In this document: positions 45,262 through 55,231 of the stretch, piece after piece
How positions within the stretch are numbered: the stretch's first letter is position 1
Layout of the letters: each line of letters starts with the position of its first letter
Assembly (NCBI GenBank): GCA_965116025.1
Contig: OZ220480.1
Span: forward strand, 608,001 to 672,000
Length of the DNA stretch: 64,000 nucleotides
Source: an uncultured candidatus Porisulfidus sp.
GTDB lineage: Bacteria; Pseudomonadota; Gammaproteobacteria; Poriferisulfidales; Poriferisulfidaceae
Direction of reading: 5' to 3'
Translations under genes and position numbers: made by a program
Notes under the pieces: generated by a model
Told to the model about the DNA's origin: nothing
Database searches by the model: none
Seen by the model: the letters and a program-made list of their open reading frames with translations, nothing else

Positions 45262-45972
45262 TCACGGCGCCGGCGCGTATTCCCAGCTTTCGGCCCGCTT
45301 CGCCGCGGCCTCGCGCTCCTCGTCCGTCATCTCCTCCTCGATCCCGCGAATCAAGTCTCCGATCTCCTCTTGCGTGATCGCGCAACGAGCGTGGATCTCC
45401 TCGCGGTACAGAGAGCGGGAATGGGTCTCGCACGCCTCGACGCTCCGATAGTCCGAAAGCCGCCGAACGTTGTCGGCCAGCAACCAGGCGCGGGTGATGT
45501 CATGACGGACGCCGGAGCCTTTCCAGTAGTGGCGAGCCAAGAAGAAGCGGGCCGCCAGCGCGTCGTCCCATTGCCGAAAAAACCCGCGACGGTCGGACAG
45601 CCCAACCAGAATCGCGAGTCCCATGCCGTCGCGCTCGGCGAACTGCGCGGCCGCTTTCTCGTACCAGCCCACCGCCGTCGCGTCATCCTCCGCCACCCCC
45701 TCGCCGAGATCGTGAAACATTCCCATCCGCAACTGCGCCCAGGGAAATCCCCGCTCGGCGGCCTCGCGGGCGATCGCCAGCGCCGAGTCCATCCGGCCCT
45801 CGCGCCACAGAAGATCGACCTCGGCCTCGCCGGGATTCGCCTCCAGAGCCCGCGCGGGAGCCTCCATCACCGGAGCCGCGCAACCGGCCGCCAGCGAGGC
45901 CCAAAGCGCGAACAGGATCGCGCGGAGCCCCGAGGAAGGGGCCGCGGGCCGTCTCGAGATGGACGGCCTCAA
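45262..45972 (-). CDS. Sel1-like repeat lipoprotein
   Basis: LAAGC lipobox; AQLRMGMFHDLGEGVAEDDATAVGWYEKAA. Confidence 0.8.
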   Translation of the reverse strand: MRPSISRRPAAPSSGLRAILFALWASLAAGCAAPVMEAPARALEANPGEAEVDLLWREGRMDSALAIAREAAERGFPWAQLRMGMFHDLGEGVAEDDATAVGWYEKAAAQFAERDGMGLAILVGLSDRRGFFRQWDDALAARFFLARHYWKGSGVRHDITRAWLLADNVRRLSDYRSVEACETHSRSLYREEIHARCAITQEEIGDLIRGIEEEMTDEEREAAAKRAESWEYAPAP

Positions 45973-46379
45973 CTCCGGTACGCCTGCTCGATGGCTTCCT
46001 GCCGGTTTTTCTCCTCAGCGCTGAACGAGGCGGTGGGACGAAGCAACAGGCGCTCGATCCCGATCGGCGCCCCAGTCGCCTCGCAATAGCCATACGAGCC
46101 GTCCTCAATCCGGCGCAGGGCCTCCTCGATCTTCGGCAACAGCTTGGAATCCCGGTCGAGCGCGCGGACCTTCAGGCTCGTGTCCTCCTCGACCGAGGCG
46201 CGATCCAGCTCGTCGCACTCCCGATGCTCCTCGGACAGCTCCGCCTTGGTTCGCTCCAGCCGCTCGCCCAGCTCCTTGCGCAAGTCCAGCAGGCGCCGCC
46301 GGAAAAACTCCAGCTGCGCGGCGTTCATGTAGTCCTTGCGCGGCGCGCGAATCAACTGCTTCTCGGTTAGTTTTTTCAA
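45969..46379 (-). CDS. dksA: RNA polymerase-binding protein DksA family
   Basis: YMNAAQLEFFR, DELDRASVEE, YGYCEATG..IGIERLLLRPTA (single-Cys type). Confidence 0.92.
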   Translation of the reverse strand: MKKLTEKQLIRAPRKDYMNAAQLEFFRRRLLDLRKELGERLERTKAELSEEHRECDELDRASVEEDTSLKVRALDRDSKLLPKIEEALRRIEDGSYGYCEATGAPIGIERLLLRPTASFSAEEKNRQEAIEQAYRS

Positions 46380-46462
46380 AGTGTCTCCTTGCGCTCCTCA
46401 CGGCTCGCGCTCTTCTAAGAAACTTATTTTACTTCCTCGCGCCGAGCGGCGCGAGGGATGTC

Positions 46463-47035
46463 TCAGGCGACGACTTCTCCAGCCCGCGGCCGCAGCAACT
46501 CGGACTCCACCTCCGCGCGCCTCTCGAATCCCTTGAGTTTCTCGATCAAGGCCAACGCGAAATCCATCGCCGTGCCCGGCCCGCGCGAAGTGACCACCGG
46601 TCCGTCGATCTCCACCGGAGCCCAGGTGAACTCCACCTCTCCGTGGTCCTCCGGATCGATGCAGCCCGGATAGCAGGTCGCCTTGCGTCCGTCCAGGATG
46701 CGGCGGTTCGCCAAAACCTTCGGAGCCGCGCAAACCGCCGCCACGGCGCGACCCTGATTCATCTGCCTCTCGAGCAACTCGTGGACGCGGGGATCCGCGT
46801 CGAGGTGATCGGCGCCAGGCAGGCCGCCGGGGAGCACCACCATATCGAAACTCTCGTCCATGACCTCGTCCAGCGTCACGTCCGGCACGAGCCGCGTCCC
46901 GCGCGACGCGGTGACCGCGCCCTCGCGCAGACCGGCGGTGACGACCTCTATATCCGCACGGCGCAACAGATCGATCAGGGTAACGGCTTCCAGTTCCTCG
47001 CAGCCATCCGCCAGAGGAATCAGGACCCGGCTCAT
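46463..47035 (-). CDS. DJ-1/YajL (ThiJ) family protein
   Basis: GCEELEAV, LPGGLPGA, AVCAAP, TSRGPGTA. Confidence 0.93.
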   Translation of the reverse strand: MSRVLIPLADGCEELEAVTLIDLLRRADIEVVTAGLREGAVTASRGTRLVPDVTLDEVMDESFDMVVLPGGLPGADHLDADPRVHELLERQMNQGRAVAAVCAAPKVLANRRILDGRKATCYPGCIDPEDHGEVEFTWAPVEIDGPVVTSRGPGTAMDFALALIEKLKGFERRAEVESELLRPRAGEVVA

Positions 47036-48291
47036 CGGGAGCTGGCTTCCCTACGCTCTTGAACCAACCCGCCGCTCCGGAGCAACTCGAGCGCGGCGAG
47101 CACTTGGTTGTCCTCGCGCAACAGCTCCGCCTCCGACTTCTCGGGCGCGTCCTCGCTCTCTTCTTCCGGCTCCTCCGGCGCGACGAACTCCACTTCGTAG
47201 TCGGGCTCGATTCCCTCCTCGTGGATCGAGTGGCCGGCGGGCGTGTAATAGCGCGCGGTGGTCAGCTTGAGCGCGGCGTTCTGGTTGTTCAGAGGCACCA
47301 GGGTCTGCACGGAGCCCTTGCCGAATGAGCGCGTGCCGAGCAGCTTCGCTCTCCCGTTGTCGCGCAAGGCTCCCGCCACGATCTCGGAAGCGGAGGCGGA
47401 ACCGCCGTTGATCAGCACGATCACCGGCACGCCGCCAGTCTGGTCCACGCCGCCGGCGCGCTCCTCGACGTTCGACTTTTGGACGCGGCCACGGGTGGAG
47501 ACGATCACGTCGCTGCGCATCAAAAAGGCGTCCGAGACCTCGACCGCCGCGGAGAAAAGCCCTCCCGGGTTGTTGCGCAGGTCCAGGACGATGCCCTGGA
47601 GGTCGTCGTCCGACTCGTCCCGCAATCGCTCCACGAGGCCCAGAAAATCGGAGCCGGTGCGGGACTGAAAGTTGCTGATGCGCATGTACGCGTAGCCGGG
47701 CTCCAAAATCTGCCCCCGAACGCTGCGCACCTTGATGATATCGCGCGTGATGGAGACATCGAAAGGCTCCTCGGCGCCCTTGCGGGAAACGGTCAGGGAG
47801 ATAGGGGTTCCGGGCTTGCCGCGCATGATCTGCACGGCGTCATGCAGGGAGAGGTCATGCACCGGCTCCCCGTCCAGCTCCAGAATCAGGTCACCGCTAC
47901 GGATCCCCGCGCGCTTCGCCGGCGTATCGTCGATCGGGGAGACGACCTTGATCGCCCTCTCGTCCGAGTCCTTGCTGACCACGATGCCAAGCCCGCCGAA
48001 CTCTCCCGACGTCGCGACCTCCCAATCGTCCAGCTCTTGCCGGTCCAGATAGGTCGTGTAGGGATCCAGCTCGGACGCCATTCCGCGCATGGCGTTGCGC
48101 ATCAAGGTGCTGTCGTCGATCTCGTCGACGTACTGGCGCTTGATCAGGGCGAAGGTTTCGGAGAAGTCGCGCAGGTCCTGCAACGAGACGGAGGGGGCGC
48201 CGTCCGTCTTGGCGACGACCGCGTGGCCGACCGCGCCAGCGGCCACCAGCAACGCCGGGATCAGCAATTTTCGTATGGGATTCTTGCGCAC
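47032..48291 (-). CDS. ctpA: Carboxyl-terminal processing protease (S41)
   Basis: LDPYT, PDZ GGLGI, DLRNNPGG, SASASEIVAGAL, FGKGSVQ; start GTG 48291 chosen because a promoter lies at 48318-48345. Confidence 0.95.
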   Translation of the reverse strand: MRKNPIRKLLIPALLVAAGAVGHAVVAKTDGAPSVSLQDLRDFSETFALIKRQYVDEIDDSTLMRNAMRGMASELDPYTTYLDRQELDDWEVATSGEFGGLGIVVSKDSDERAIKVVSPIDDTPAKRAGIRSGDLILELDGEPVHDLSLHDAVQIMRGKPGTPISLTVSRKGAEEPFDVSITRDIIKVRSVRGQILEPGYAYMRISNFQSRTGSDFLGLVERLRDESDDDLQGIVLDLRNNPGGLFSAAVEVSDAFLMRSDVIVSTRGRVQKSNVEERAGGVDQTGGVPVIVLINGGSASASEIVAGALRDNGRAKLLGTRSFGKGSVQTLVPLNNQNAALKLTTARYYTPAGHSIHEEGIEPDYEVEFVAPEEPEEESEDAPEKSEAELLREDNQVLAALELLRSGGLVQERREASSR

Positions 48292-48317
48292 GGTCTGGAA
48301 AAGGCGACGGGGTCGGT

Positions 48318-48345
48318 ATTCTAGAGAAATCCCCGAAAGCGTCAA
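48318..48345 (-). promoter_or_regulatory. Sigma70-like promoter for ctpA
   Basis: TTGACG-N16-TAGAAT on the minus strand, abutting the IS end. Confidence 0.6.
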
Positions 48346-48347
48346 AC

Positions 48348-49162
48348 CCCAGTTTCAACTTTCAAGCGCAACAGCATTGTAACCCGGTGGAGAGCGGCGA
48401 GAACGGCAGGATGACGAAGAGAATCGGGGGAAAGCCGGCGAGGATCGGCCGCGTCCGTCCGGGGAAGACCGGCCTCCCCGGACGGATCATCGCCGCGCCG
48501 ACCTGCCCCCTCGGATTTACAGAAGCCGGAACATCTCCTCTCGCCAAGCGCGAACCACCTCCGACTCCGCGCCGAAAAACGCCTCGTTCGGCGTGCGCCA
48601 TCCCAAGCGGCGCCGAGGCCGGTCGTTCAGGCGATCCTCCACCGCCCGCGCCCATACCGCTGGCACCTACGGTGGCCCTGCCGCAAGTACAGATACAGGT
48701 CGCCGCCCCGCCGCTGATCCGCCCATACCCAGCGGTAGATGAGTTTGCTAACCTTCCCCAAGCCCTACTTTCCAGCCACGCGCTGATCTGTTACGGGCTC
48801 CAGCTCCGTTTCAGCAACTTCTCGACCCGCTCCCACACCGCGGCGAGACGCGCCGCCAAGCCCGCCCTTGGCGCCGCTCTTTCGTCTTCCGGCACGCCAG
48901 CTCGGCCCGGTATCGTCCGCTCCACCCGCCGGCGTTCCGCTTCAGCTCGCGGCACACCGTGCTGCGGTCGATGCCGACCCTTCGCGCCACCCCCGCTTGG
49001 CTCATGCCGAGGTCCGGCAGCACCTTGATGTTGGGTCTCGGTGAGTCGCGCGCAGCCGCTCATAAGCGCCTCTCTCGGGCGGTTGATAACAATGAGACGT
49101 TACCGCAACTCATCATTTCCCCGCCATTCTTCGGAGTGTTGCGCTTGAAAGTTGAAACCGTG
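48348..49162 (-). mobile_element. Degenerate, internally deleted IS30-family element
   Basis: Perfect 22-bp IRs GTTTCAACTTTCAAGCGCAACA (48352-48373 / 49137-49158); frameshifted transposase fragments (SQAGVARRVGIDRSTVCRELKRN; EKLLKRSWSP); no DDE core seen. Confidence 0.88.
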
Positions 49163-49349
49163 ATCCTTTATGAGAAGGCGTGCAGAAATTGTATCCGCTT
49201 GAAGCCAGCCAAGCTTTCCATCGGTGTCGCGACCCACCGAGCGGCGCTTCCGCAAGCGGATTCCTCGGATTGGAAACGCGGGGCTTCGAGATCCAGTCCC
49301 GCTGAAGCGCGCGGTGTATAAGCGAACTCTAATGCTAGAATGCTTGGCT

Positions 49350-49682
49350 ATGGCCGTCCAAGCTCCTGTTTCCGAATCTTCCGCGGGCACGCTCGACGCG
49401 GACATCGCGCGAGCCTGCCAAGCGGTCAAAGGGCTTTCGCATCCGATTCGTCTCAAGGTGCTCTGTTGCCTGCTGAGCGGACGGGAAATGCCGGTCAGCG
49501 ACTTGGCCAACTATTGCGAGACGTCGCAGAGCAACATCTCGCAGCACCTGAGCACCCTTCGGCAATGCGGCATCTTGGCGGCCCGAAAGGAGGCCACCTG
49601 CGTCTATTACAAAATCAGCGACCCGCGCATGATCCAGTTGATGTGCCTGATGCGCGACATGTTCTGCTCGCGGCCGCACTGA
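49350..49682 (+). CDS. ArsR/SmtB-family regulator
   Basis: KGLSHPIRLKVLCCL, SQSNISQHLSTLR. Confidence 0.9.
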   Translation: MAVQAPVSESSAGTLDADIARACQAVKGLSHPIRLKVLCCLLSGREMPVSDLANYCETSQSNISQHLSTLRQCGILAARKEATCVYYKISDPRMIQLMCLMRDMFCSRPH

Positions 49683-49690
49683 GCCCCCGG

Positions 49691-50116
49691 ATGCAGGAAT
49701 ACCTGGATTTCGCGGCGCACCACCCGTTCCTGATGGGAGCGGTGTCGGCGTTGGTGGCCATGATCCTGTTCACCGAGGCGCGGCGGTTGACGCGGCGATA
49801 CGAGGAGATCTCCGCGGCGGAGGCGGTCCAGCTGATGAACCGGGAATCGGCGTGGACGCTAGACGTGCGGGAAGACAAGGAAATCCAGGATGGCGTGATC
49901 CCGAGCGCCCGGCGCGTCGCGCTCAGCGAGCTGCCCAAGCGCGTGGGGGAGCTGAAGGACCAGAAAGGCCCGGTGATCGCCTACTGCAAAAACGGGGTCC
50001 AGGCGCACCGCGCCTGCCGGATCCTGGCGCGCGAGGGGCTAGAGCCCGTGTACAACCTCAAGGGCGGAATCGCCGCCTGGCGCGAGGCCGGGATGCCTCT
50101 GGAGGCCAGCGCGTGA
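49691..50116 (+). CDS. Rhodanese-like protein (YibN-like)
   Basis: TM N-terminus, LDVRE, YCKNG, LKGGIAAW. Confidence 0.9.
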   Translation: MQEYLDFAAHHPFLMGAVSALVAMILFTEARRLTRRYEEISAAEAVQLMNRESAWTLDVREDKEIQDGVIPSARRVALSELPKRVGELKDQKGPVIAYCKNGVQAHRACRILAREGLEPVYNLKGGIAAWREAGMPLEASA

Positions 50117-50385
50117 GCGCGCCCGAGGTCGTGGTCTACACCGGTCCCGCGTGCCCGTACTGCGCACGTGCCAAGATGTTGCTGGAACGCAAGGGGGCTT
50201 CCTTTCAGGAAATCCGGATCGACCGCGACCCCGAGGGCCTCGCCGCGATGCTGGAGCGTAGCGGAGGCCGCCGATCCGTGCCGCAGATCTTTATCGGGAA
50301 CCGCCACGTGGGCGGCTTCGACGACATGTCCGAGCTCAACCTGGAGGGCAAGCTGGATTCCTTATTGGCGGGAGAGTCCTCGTGA
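50113..50385 (+). CDS. grxC: Glutaredoxin 3
   Basis: CPYC, RRSVPQIFI, GGFDD. Confidence 0.93.
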   Translation: MSAPEVVVYTGPACPYCARAKMLLERKGASFQEIRIDRDPEGLAAMLERSGGRRSVPQIFIGNRHVGGFDDMSELNLEGKLDSLLAGESS

Positions 50386-50909
50386 CGAGAAAACCCTCCG
50401 GCCCTTCCGACGAGGAGCCAACCCGGCCGCGACGCATGAAATTCGTGGAGCACAGCGGAAACGCGACCTTCGCCGTCGAGCGCATCTGCTTGCGCCACGC
50501 GGACTTCACGGCGCGGCAAGAGCCGGACGACGCGACCGAGGGCCAGTTCGAGACCAAGGCGCGGATCAGCAACGAGACCGTATCGCTCGAGAAGGACCGC
50601 CATTCGGTGTCGCTGATCGTCAGCGTCACCCGTCTGGAGGAGGAGAAAGAGGTGTTCAGTTGCGAGGTCTGCTACAACGGCGTGTTCCTCATCCAGGGCG
50701 TGACCGAGGAGAAAAGTCATGAGATGCTGATGACGCGTTGCCTGGACATGCTGTATCCGTACATCAGCTCGACCGTCTCGCAGATGGCGAGCCAGGCGGG
50801 CTTCCAAGGACTGCAGCTCGTGCCCATCAGCTTCGGTGCCCTGTACCGGAGCGAGCAACGCGAAAAACAGCAGTGGGAAGACATCCAGGACAAGGTGGTT
50901 CGTCACTGA
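50382..50909 (+). CDS. secB: Protein-export chaperone SecB (divergent)
   Basis: Between grxC and gpsA; CLDMLYPYISSTVSQMASQAGF..LQLVPISFGALY. Confidence 0.85.
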   Translation: MTRKPSGPSDEEPTRPRRMKFVEHSGNATFAVERICLRHADFTARQEPDDATEGQFETKARISNETVSLEKDRHSVSLIVSVTRLEEEKEVFSCEVCYNGVFLIQGVTEEKSHEMLMTRCLDMLYPYISSTVSQMASQAGFQGLQLVPISFGALYRSEQREKQQWEDIQDKVVRH

Positions 50910-50982
50910 GCTTCGCCGCGGATCGCGACCGCTTCCCGATTCGCCACCGCGTCGACGCCGGGCGGTCCGTCCAGCGCGCGGC

Positions 50983-51975
50983 ATGAAGGTCTCGATACTG
51001 GGGCAGGGCGCATGGGGAACGGCGCTGGCCCTTCACGTATCCCGAGCGCGGTCGACGCGCTGGTGGGGACGCGACCCAGAGCGATGCCGAACGCTGGCGC
51101 GCGCGCGTCGGAACGAGGCGACCTTTCCAGACCACGCCATTCCAGAATCGATCCAGATCACGCCGGATCTCCAGGACTGCGTGGAGGACAGCGACTGGGT
51201 GGTTCTGGCGGTGCCGGTCGCCGCGATGACCGAGGTCGCCGTGGCACTAAGGTCCGCCTCCTTCGGTGGCCTAATCTGGACATGCAAAGGAATGGATCCG
51301 AAGAGCGGGCGCATGCCTGGCGAAATCCTGGACGACGCGCTAGGCCCGGGCGGGCGAAGAGCCGTTCTGTCGGGACCCTCCTTCGCGAGCGACTTGGTCG
51401 CGGGCCTGCCAGCGGCCGTCGTGGTGGCGGCAGAAGATCCCACGGTCGCGGAAGCGGCCGCGGAAGCGTTTCATCATGGATCGTTGCGGGTCTACGCGGG
51501 CGCGGACCCACTCGGCGTCCAGCTCGGCGGCGCCGTGAAGAACGTCCTGGCGATCGCCGTCGGCGTGGCGCATGGCCTGCGGCTCGGCGACAGCGCGCGC
51601 GCCGCGCTGATCACGCGCGGCGTGAGCGAGCTGACGCGATTGGGCAAGGCCTTGGGCGCGGACCCCGCGACCCTGTCCGGCCTGTCCGGTTTGGGAGACA
51701 TCGTCCTGACCTGCTCCAGCGCCCGATCGCGCAACTTCCGCTTGGGCCAGCTGATCGGTGAGGGCCGGTCCGTCGAGCGGGCCTGCGCCGAGATTGGCCA
51801 AGTCACCGAAGGGCGCCATACCGCGCTCGGACTGGACCACCTGAGGCGGAAGCAAGGGATCGAGTTGCCGATCTGCGAGCAGACGCTACGCGTGCTCACG
51901 GGAACCATTCGTCCCGCCCAAGCGGTCGATGCCTTACTGTCGCGCCCCTCCACTTCCGAGGCGGCGCATGCCTGA
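50983..51975 (+). CDS. gpsA: NAD(P)H-dependent glycerol-3-phosphate dehydrogenase
   Basis: GQGAWGTALA, LSGPSFA, GGAVKNVLAIA, GLGDIVLTC. Confidence 0.95.
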   Translation: MKVSILGQGAWGTALALHVSRARSTRWWGRDPERCRTLARARRNEATFPDHAIPESIQITPDLQDCVEDSDWVVLAVPVAAMTEVAVALRSASFGGLIWTCKGMDPKSGRMPGEILDDALGPGGRRAVLSGPSFASDLVAGLPAAVVVAAEDPTVAEAAAEAFHHGSLRVYAGADPLGVQLGGAVKNVLAIAVGVAHGLRLGDSARAALITRGVSELTRLGKALGADPATLSGLSGLGDIVLTCSSARSRNFRLGQLIGEGRSVERACAEIGQVTEGRHTALGLDHLRRKQGIELPICEQTLRVLTGTIRPAQAVDALLSRPSTSEAAHA

Positions 51976-52921
51976 CTCCGACCCGCTGGAAATTGCTTTT
52001 TGCGGCCTGTCGCTACGCTCCCCGCTGGTCCTGCTCTCGGGTTGCGTCGGCTTCGGGGATGAATACACCCGGGTCGAGGGCTTCTCGCACGACGAGGTGG
52101 GGGCGGTCTGCCTCAAGGGAACCACTCTGGAGCCCCGCCTCGGCAATCCGCCGCGCAGGCTGGCGGAGACTCCCGACGGCCTACTGAACTCGATCGGCCT
52201 GCAGAACCCGGGGGTGGACGCGGTCATCCGCGACGAGCTGCCAAAACTTGACTTCTCCACCACCCGCTTCTTCGCCAACGTCTCCGGGGCGACCGTCGAG
52301 GAGTACGCGGAGATCGCGCGCCGCTTCGACGACTCTCCGGTCGACGGCGTCGAGATCAACATTTCCTGCCCCAACGTCAAGGCGGGCGGAATGGAGTTCG
52401 GGAACGATCCGAGAATGTCGGCGGCCGTGGTCTCCGCCTGCCGGGCGGTCACGTCCAAGCCCCTGATCGTCAAGATGTCGCCAAACCAGACCGACATCCG
52501 GGCCGGCGCGCGCGCCTGCTTGGAAGCGGGGGCCGACGCCTTCGCGGTCATCAACACCGTCTCCGGGATGGCCATTGATGCCGAATCCCGCCGCGCCACG
52601 CTCGGCGCGGGGCGGGGCGGGCTGTCCGGCCCCGCGATCAAGCCCATCGCGCTTCTGAAAGTCCACGAGGTCCATGGAGAAGTCGCGGCGCATGGCGTCC
52701 CGATCATTGGGCAGGGTGGGGTGGTCACCGCGACGGACGCGCTGGAATTCCTGATCGCGGGCGCCTCCGCCGTGGGGGTCGGAACCGGGCTGTTTTACGA
52801 TCCTCTGACCTGTCGCGCGATCAACCAGGGCATCCGCGACTACCTGTCGCGCCACGGGCTGAGTTCGGTCGCCGATCTGACCGGCGCCTTGGAATATCCG
52901 GACGCTCAGTCTTCCGAGTAG
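51968..52921 (+). CDS. pyrD: Dihydroorotate dehydrogenase, class 1
   Basis: NSIGLQNPG, EINISCPN, VINT, GGLSGPAIKP. Confidence 0.92.
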   Translation: MPDSDPLEIAFCGLSLRSPLVLLSGCVGFGDEYTRVEGFSHDEVGAVCLKGTTLEPRLGNPPRRLAETPDGLLNSIGLQNPGVDAVIRDELPKLDFSTTRFFANVSGATVEEYAEIARRFDDSPVDGVEINISCPNVKAGGMEFGNDPRMSAAVVSACRAVTSKPLIVKMSPNQTDIRAGARACLEAGADAFAVINTVSGMAIDAESRRATLGAGRGGLSGPAIKPIALLKVHEVHGEVAAHGVPIIGQGGVVTATDALEFLIAGASAVGVGTGLFYDPLTCRAINQGIRDYLSRHGLSSVADLTGALEYPDAQSSE

Positions 52922-53760
52922 CCGAGACGCTCCAGCAGACCCTGCAAAGAATCCTCGCTACTGTAGCGCAGCACCAGATCGCCTCCCTTCTTTCCGGGGC
53001 GTAACGTGACCGGGCAGCCCATATGGTCGGACAGGCGCTGCTGCAGCCGGGTCAGGTCCGGGTCCGGCTCGGGCGGGCGAGGGGGCTTCTCGGGGGCTCT
53101 CGCCCGGCGCTCGGTCTGCCGAACCGAAAGCCCCTCCTCCTGTATGGCGCGCGCCAGCTCTTTCTGCCGCGCGACCGGCAAGGGCACCAGCACCCGGGCG
53201 TGCCCCATGCTGATCTTGCCGTCCCGCACCCACTCCTGGACTTCCGGGCAAAGCTCCAGCAAGCGGATCAGATTGGTGACGGTGGCGCGCGCCCGGCCGA
53301 CCCGCTCGGCGATTTGCCCATGGGTCTGGCTCAGGCGGTCGGCCAGCGCGCGCAACGCCTGAGCCTCCTCGATCGGATTGAGGTCCTCGCGCTGGATGTT
53401 CTCGATCAGGGTCGCCGTCGCGGCCTCGTCGTCGGACAGGTCGCGGACCACCGCGGGCAAAGACCGGAGCCCCGCGGCGAGGGCCGCGCGGAAACGCCGC
53501 TCGCCCGCCACCAGCTCGTACCGCCCTCCGACCGGCCGCACCAGAATCGGCTGCAGCGCGCCACGCTTTTTCAAAGACGCGGCCAATGTCTTGATCGTAT
53601 GGTCGTCGAAACGGGAGCGTGGCTGATACGGGCTCGCGCGCAGCTCGCTCAGCGGAATTTCCTGAAGACCCGGGCCATCAGACTCCGCGCCCGACTTCAG
53701 GTTTCCGCTCAGGAGGGCGTCCACCCCGGACCCGAGGCGCCGCTTCGGAGAGGAGCTCAT
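52906..53760 (-). CDS. parB: Chromosome partitioning protein ParB
   Basis: PYQPR, LQPILVR, AGERRFRA, IENIQREDLNPIEEA. Confidence 0.96.
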   Translation of the reverse strand: MSSSPKRRLGSGVDALLSGNLKSGAESDGPGLQEIPLSELRASPYQPRSRFDDHTIKTLAASLKKRGALQPILVRPVGGRYELVAGERRFRAALAAGLRSLPAVVRDLSDDEAATATLIENIQREDLNPIEEAQALRALADRLSQTHGQIAERVGRARATVTNLIRLLELCPEVQEWVRDGKISMGHARVLVPLPVARQKELARAIQEEGLSVRQTERRARAPEKPPRPPEPDPDLTRLQQRLSDHMGCPVTLRPGKKGGDLVLRYSSEDSLQGLLERLGYSED

Positions 53761-54536
53761 GGGACCTCCCGGGGTTCGACGCGTTCACGGCGCAGAATCT
53801 CGCCCGCCAGCATCAGGTACGAGACGGCGCCCCGGCTCGACGGATCATAGGCCGAGACCGGGCGGCCATGGCTGGGCGCCTCCGCGAGCGTGACGTTGCG
53901 CGGAATCATGGTTCGATAGACTTGCTCGCCAAAATGCTCCAGGAGCGACTCGGAAACCTCCCGCGACAGCTTGTTCCGCGAATCATACATGGTGCGAAGA
54001 ATCCCCGCGATGGCGAGCCGGCTGTTGGCTCGCCGGGAAACCTGGGCGATGGTGTCGAGCAAGGCGCTCAGCCCCTCCAGCGCGTAGAACTCGCATTGCG
54101 TCGGCACGATCACCCGGTCGGCCGCCACCAGCGCGTTGATGGTGAGGATGTTGAGCGACGGGGGACAGTCGATGAGAACATAGTCGTCCGCGCCAACGGC
54201 CAGCGCCTCGCGCAACCGATACTCGCGGCGGTCCTCCGCCATGAGGCGCACCTCGACCCCGGTCAGATCCGGTTTCGCCGGCAAGACGTCGAACCCTCCT
54301 TCCGGGACTCCCGCGCGCGCCTCGTCCACCGACGCCTCGCCCAGCAGCGTGTCCGCGCAGCTTAAAGCCAGTTCGCCTTTGTTCAGGCCGCAGCCCGTGG
54401 TGGCGTTGCCCTGCGGATCCAGGTCCACCAGCAACGACTTTTTGCCGGCGGACGCCAACGCCGCCGCCAAGTTGATCGCGGTCGTGGTCTTCCCGACCCC
54501 GCCTTTTTGGTTGCAGATGGCGAAGACCCGGGTCAT
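53757..54536 (-). CDS. parA: Chromosome partitioning ATPase ParA
   Basis: NQKGGVGKTT, DLDPQGNAT, DCPPSL, EAPSHG. Confidence 0.96.
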   Translation of the reverse strand: MTRVFAICNQKGGVGKTTTAINLAAALASAGKKSLLVDLDPQGNATTGCGLNKGELALSCADTLLGEASVDEARAGVPEGGFDVLPAKPDLTGVEVRLMAEDRREYRLREALAVGADDYVLIDCPPSLNILTINALVAADRVIVPTQCEFYALEGLSALLDTIAQVSRRANSRLAIAGILRTMYDSRNKLSREVSESLLEHFGEQVYRTMIPRNVTLAEAPSHGRPVSAYDPSSRGAVSYLMLAGEILRRERVEPREVP

Positions 54537-55231
54537 GGCTCCTCCGCGTCGACGTACAGAGGGTGGAGCGCGACTACTGTTCGGCCCGGATCTTTCCCGC
54601 GCCCGATCTCGGGAGCCCACCCGGCCGGGAGCTCCCGCAGTTCCGACTCGATATCCTCGCCCTTCGGAAACAAGAAGATTCCGTCCGGGGCGACCAGATG
54701 AGCGGCGCCGCGGACCATCTCCGAAAGCGAGCCCACGGCGCGCGCCATAACGCAATCGAACGGGTCGGCCTCGTAGCGCTCCGCCTCTTCCGTGACGACC
54801 TCGACGTTGGACAGATCCAGCTCCAGTTTCGCCTGGCGGACGAAGCGGGTCTTCTTGCGGCTACGGTCGAGCAGCGTGAACCACCGATCCGGATGGGCCA
54901 CGGCCAGCGGCAAGCCCGGCAGGCCCGCCCCCGTGCCGAGATCCAGAATACGGTGAGCGTGGGATGGAAGCGACCGGGAGAGCGAGAGCGCGTCCAGGAT
55001 ATGCCGCGGGACGATTTCCGGCAAGGTTCGGGCTCCCACCAGGCCACAGGATCGGTTCCATCGCTCGACCAGCGCGCAATAGGTCAGCAGGGTCTCGATT
55101 TGGGAGGAAGACAGGTCCAGACCGGAAATCTTCCGGATGCCCTCTCGCAACTGAAGCTCCAGCGCGTCCTTCGCCGGCAGGCGAGGAGCTTCGGAAGATC
55201 CACGGAAAGGAGGGGCCCGGCCCGCCTTCAT
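54533..55231 (-). CDS. rsmG: 16S rRNA m7G527 methyltransferase
   Basis: RHILDAL, DLGTGAGLPG, ARA. Confidence 0.93.
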   Translation of the reverse strand: MKAGRAPPFRGSSEAPRLPAKDALELQLREGIRKISGLDLSSSQIETLLTYCALVERWNRSCGLVGARTLPEIVPRHILDALSLSRSLPSHAHRILDLGTGAGLPGLPLAVAHPDRWFTLLDRSRKKTRFVRQAKLELDLSNVEVVTEEAERYEADPFDCVMARAVGSLSEMVRGAAHLVAPDGIFLFPKGEDIESELRELPAGWAPEIGRGKDPGRTVVALHPLYVDAEEP

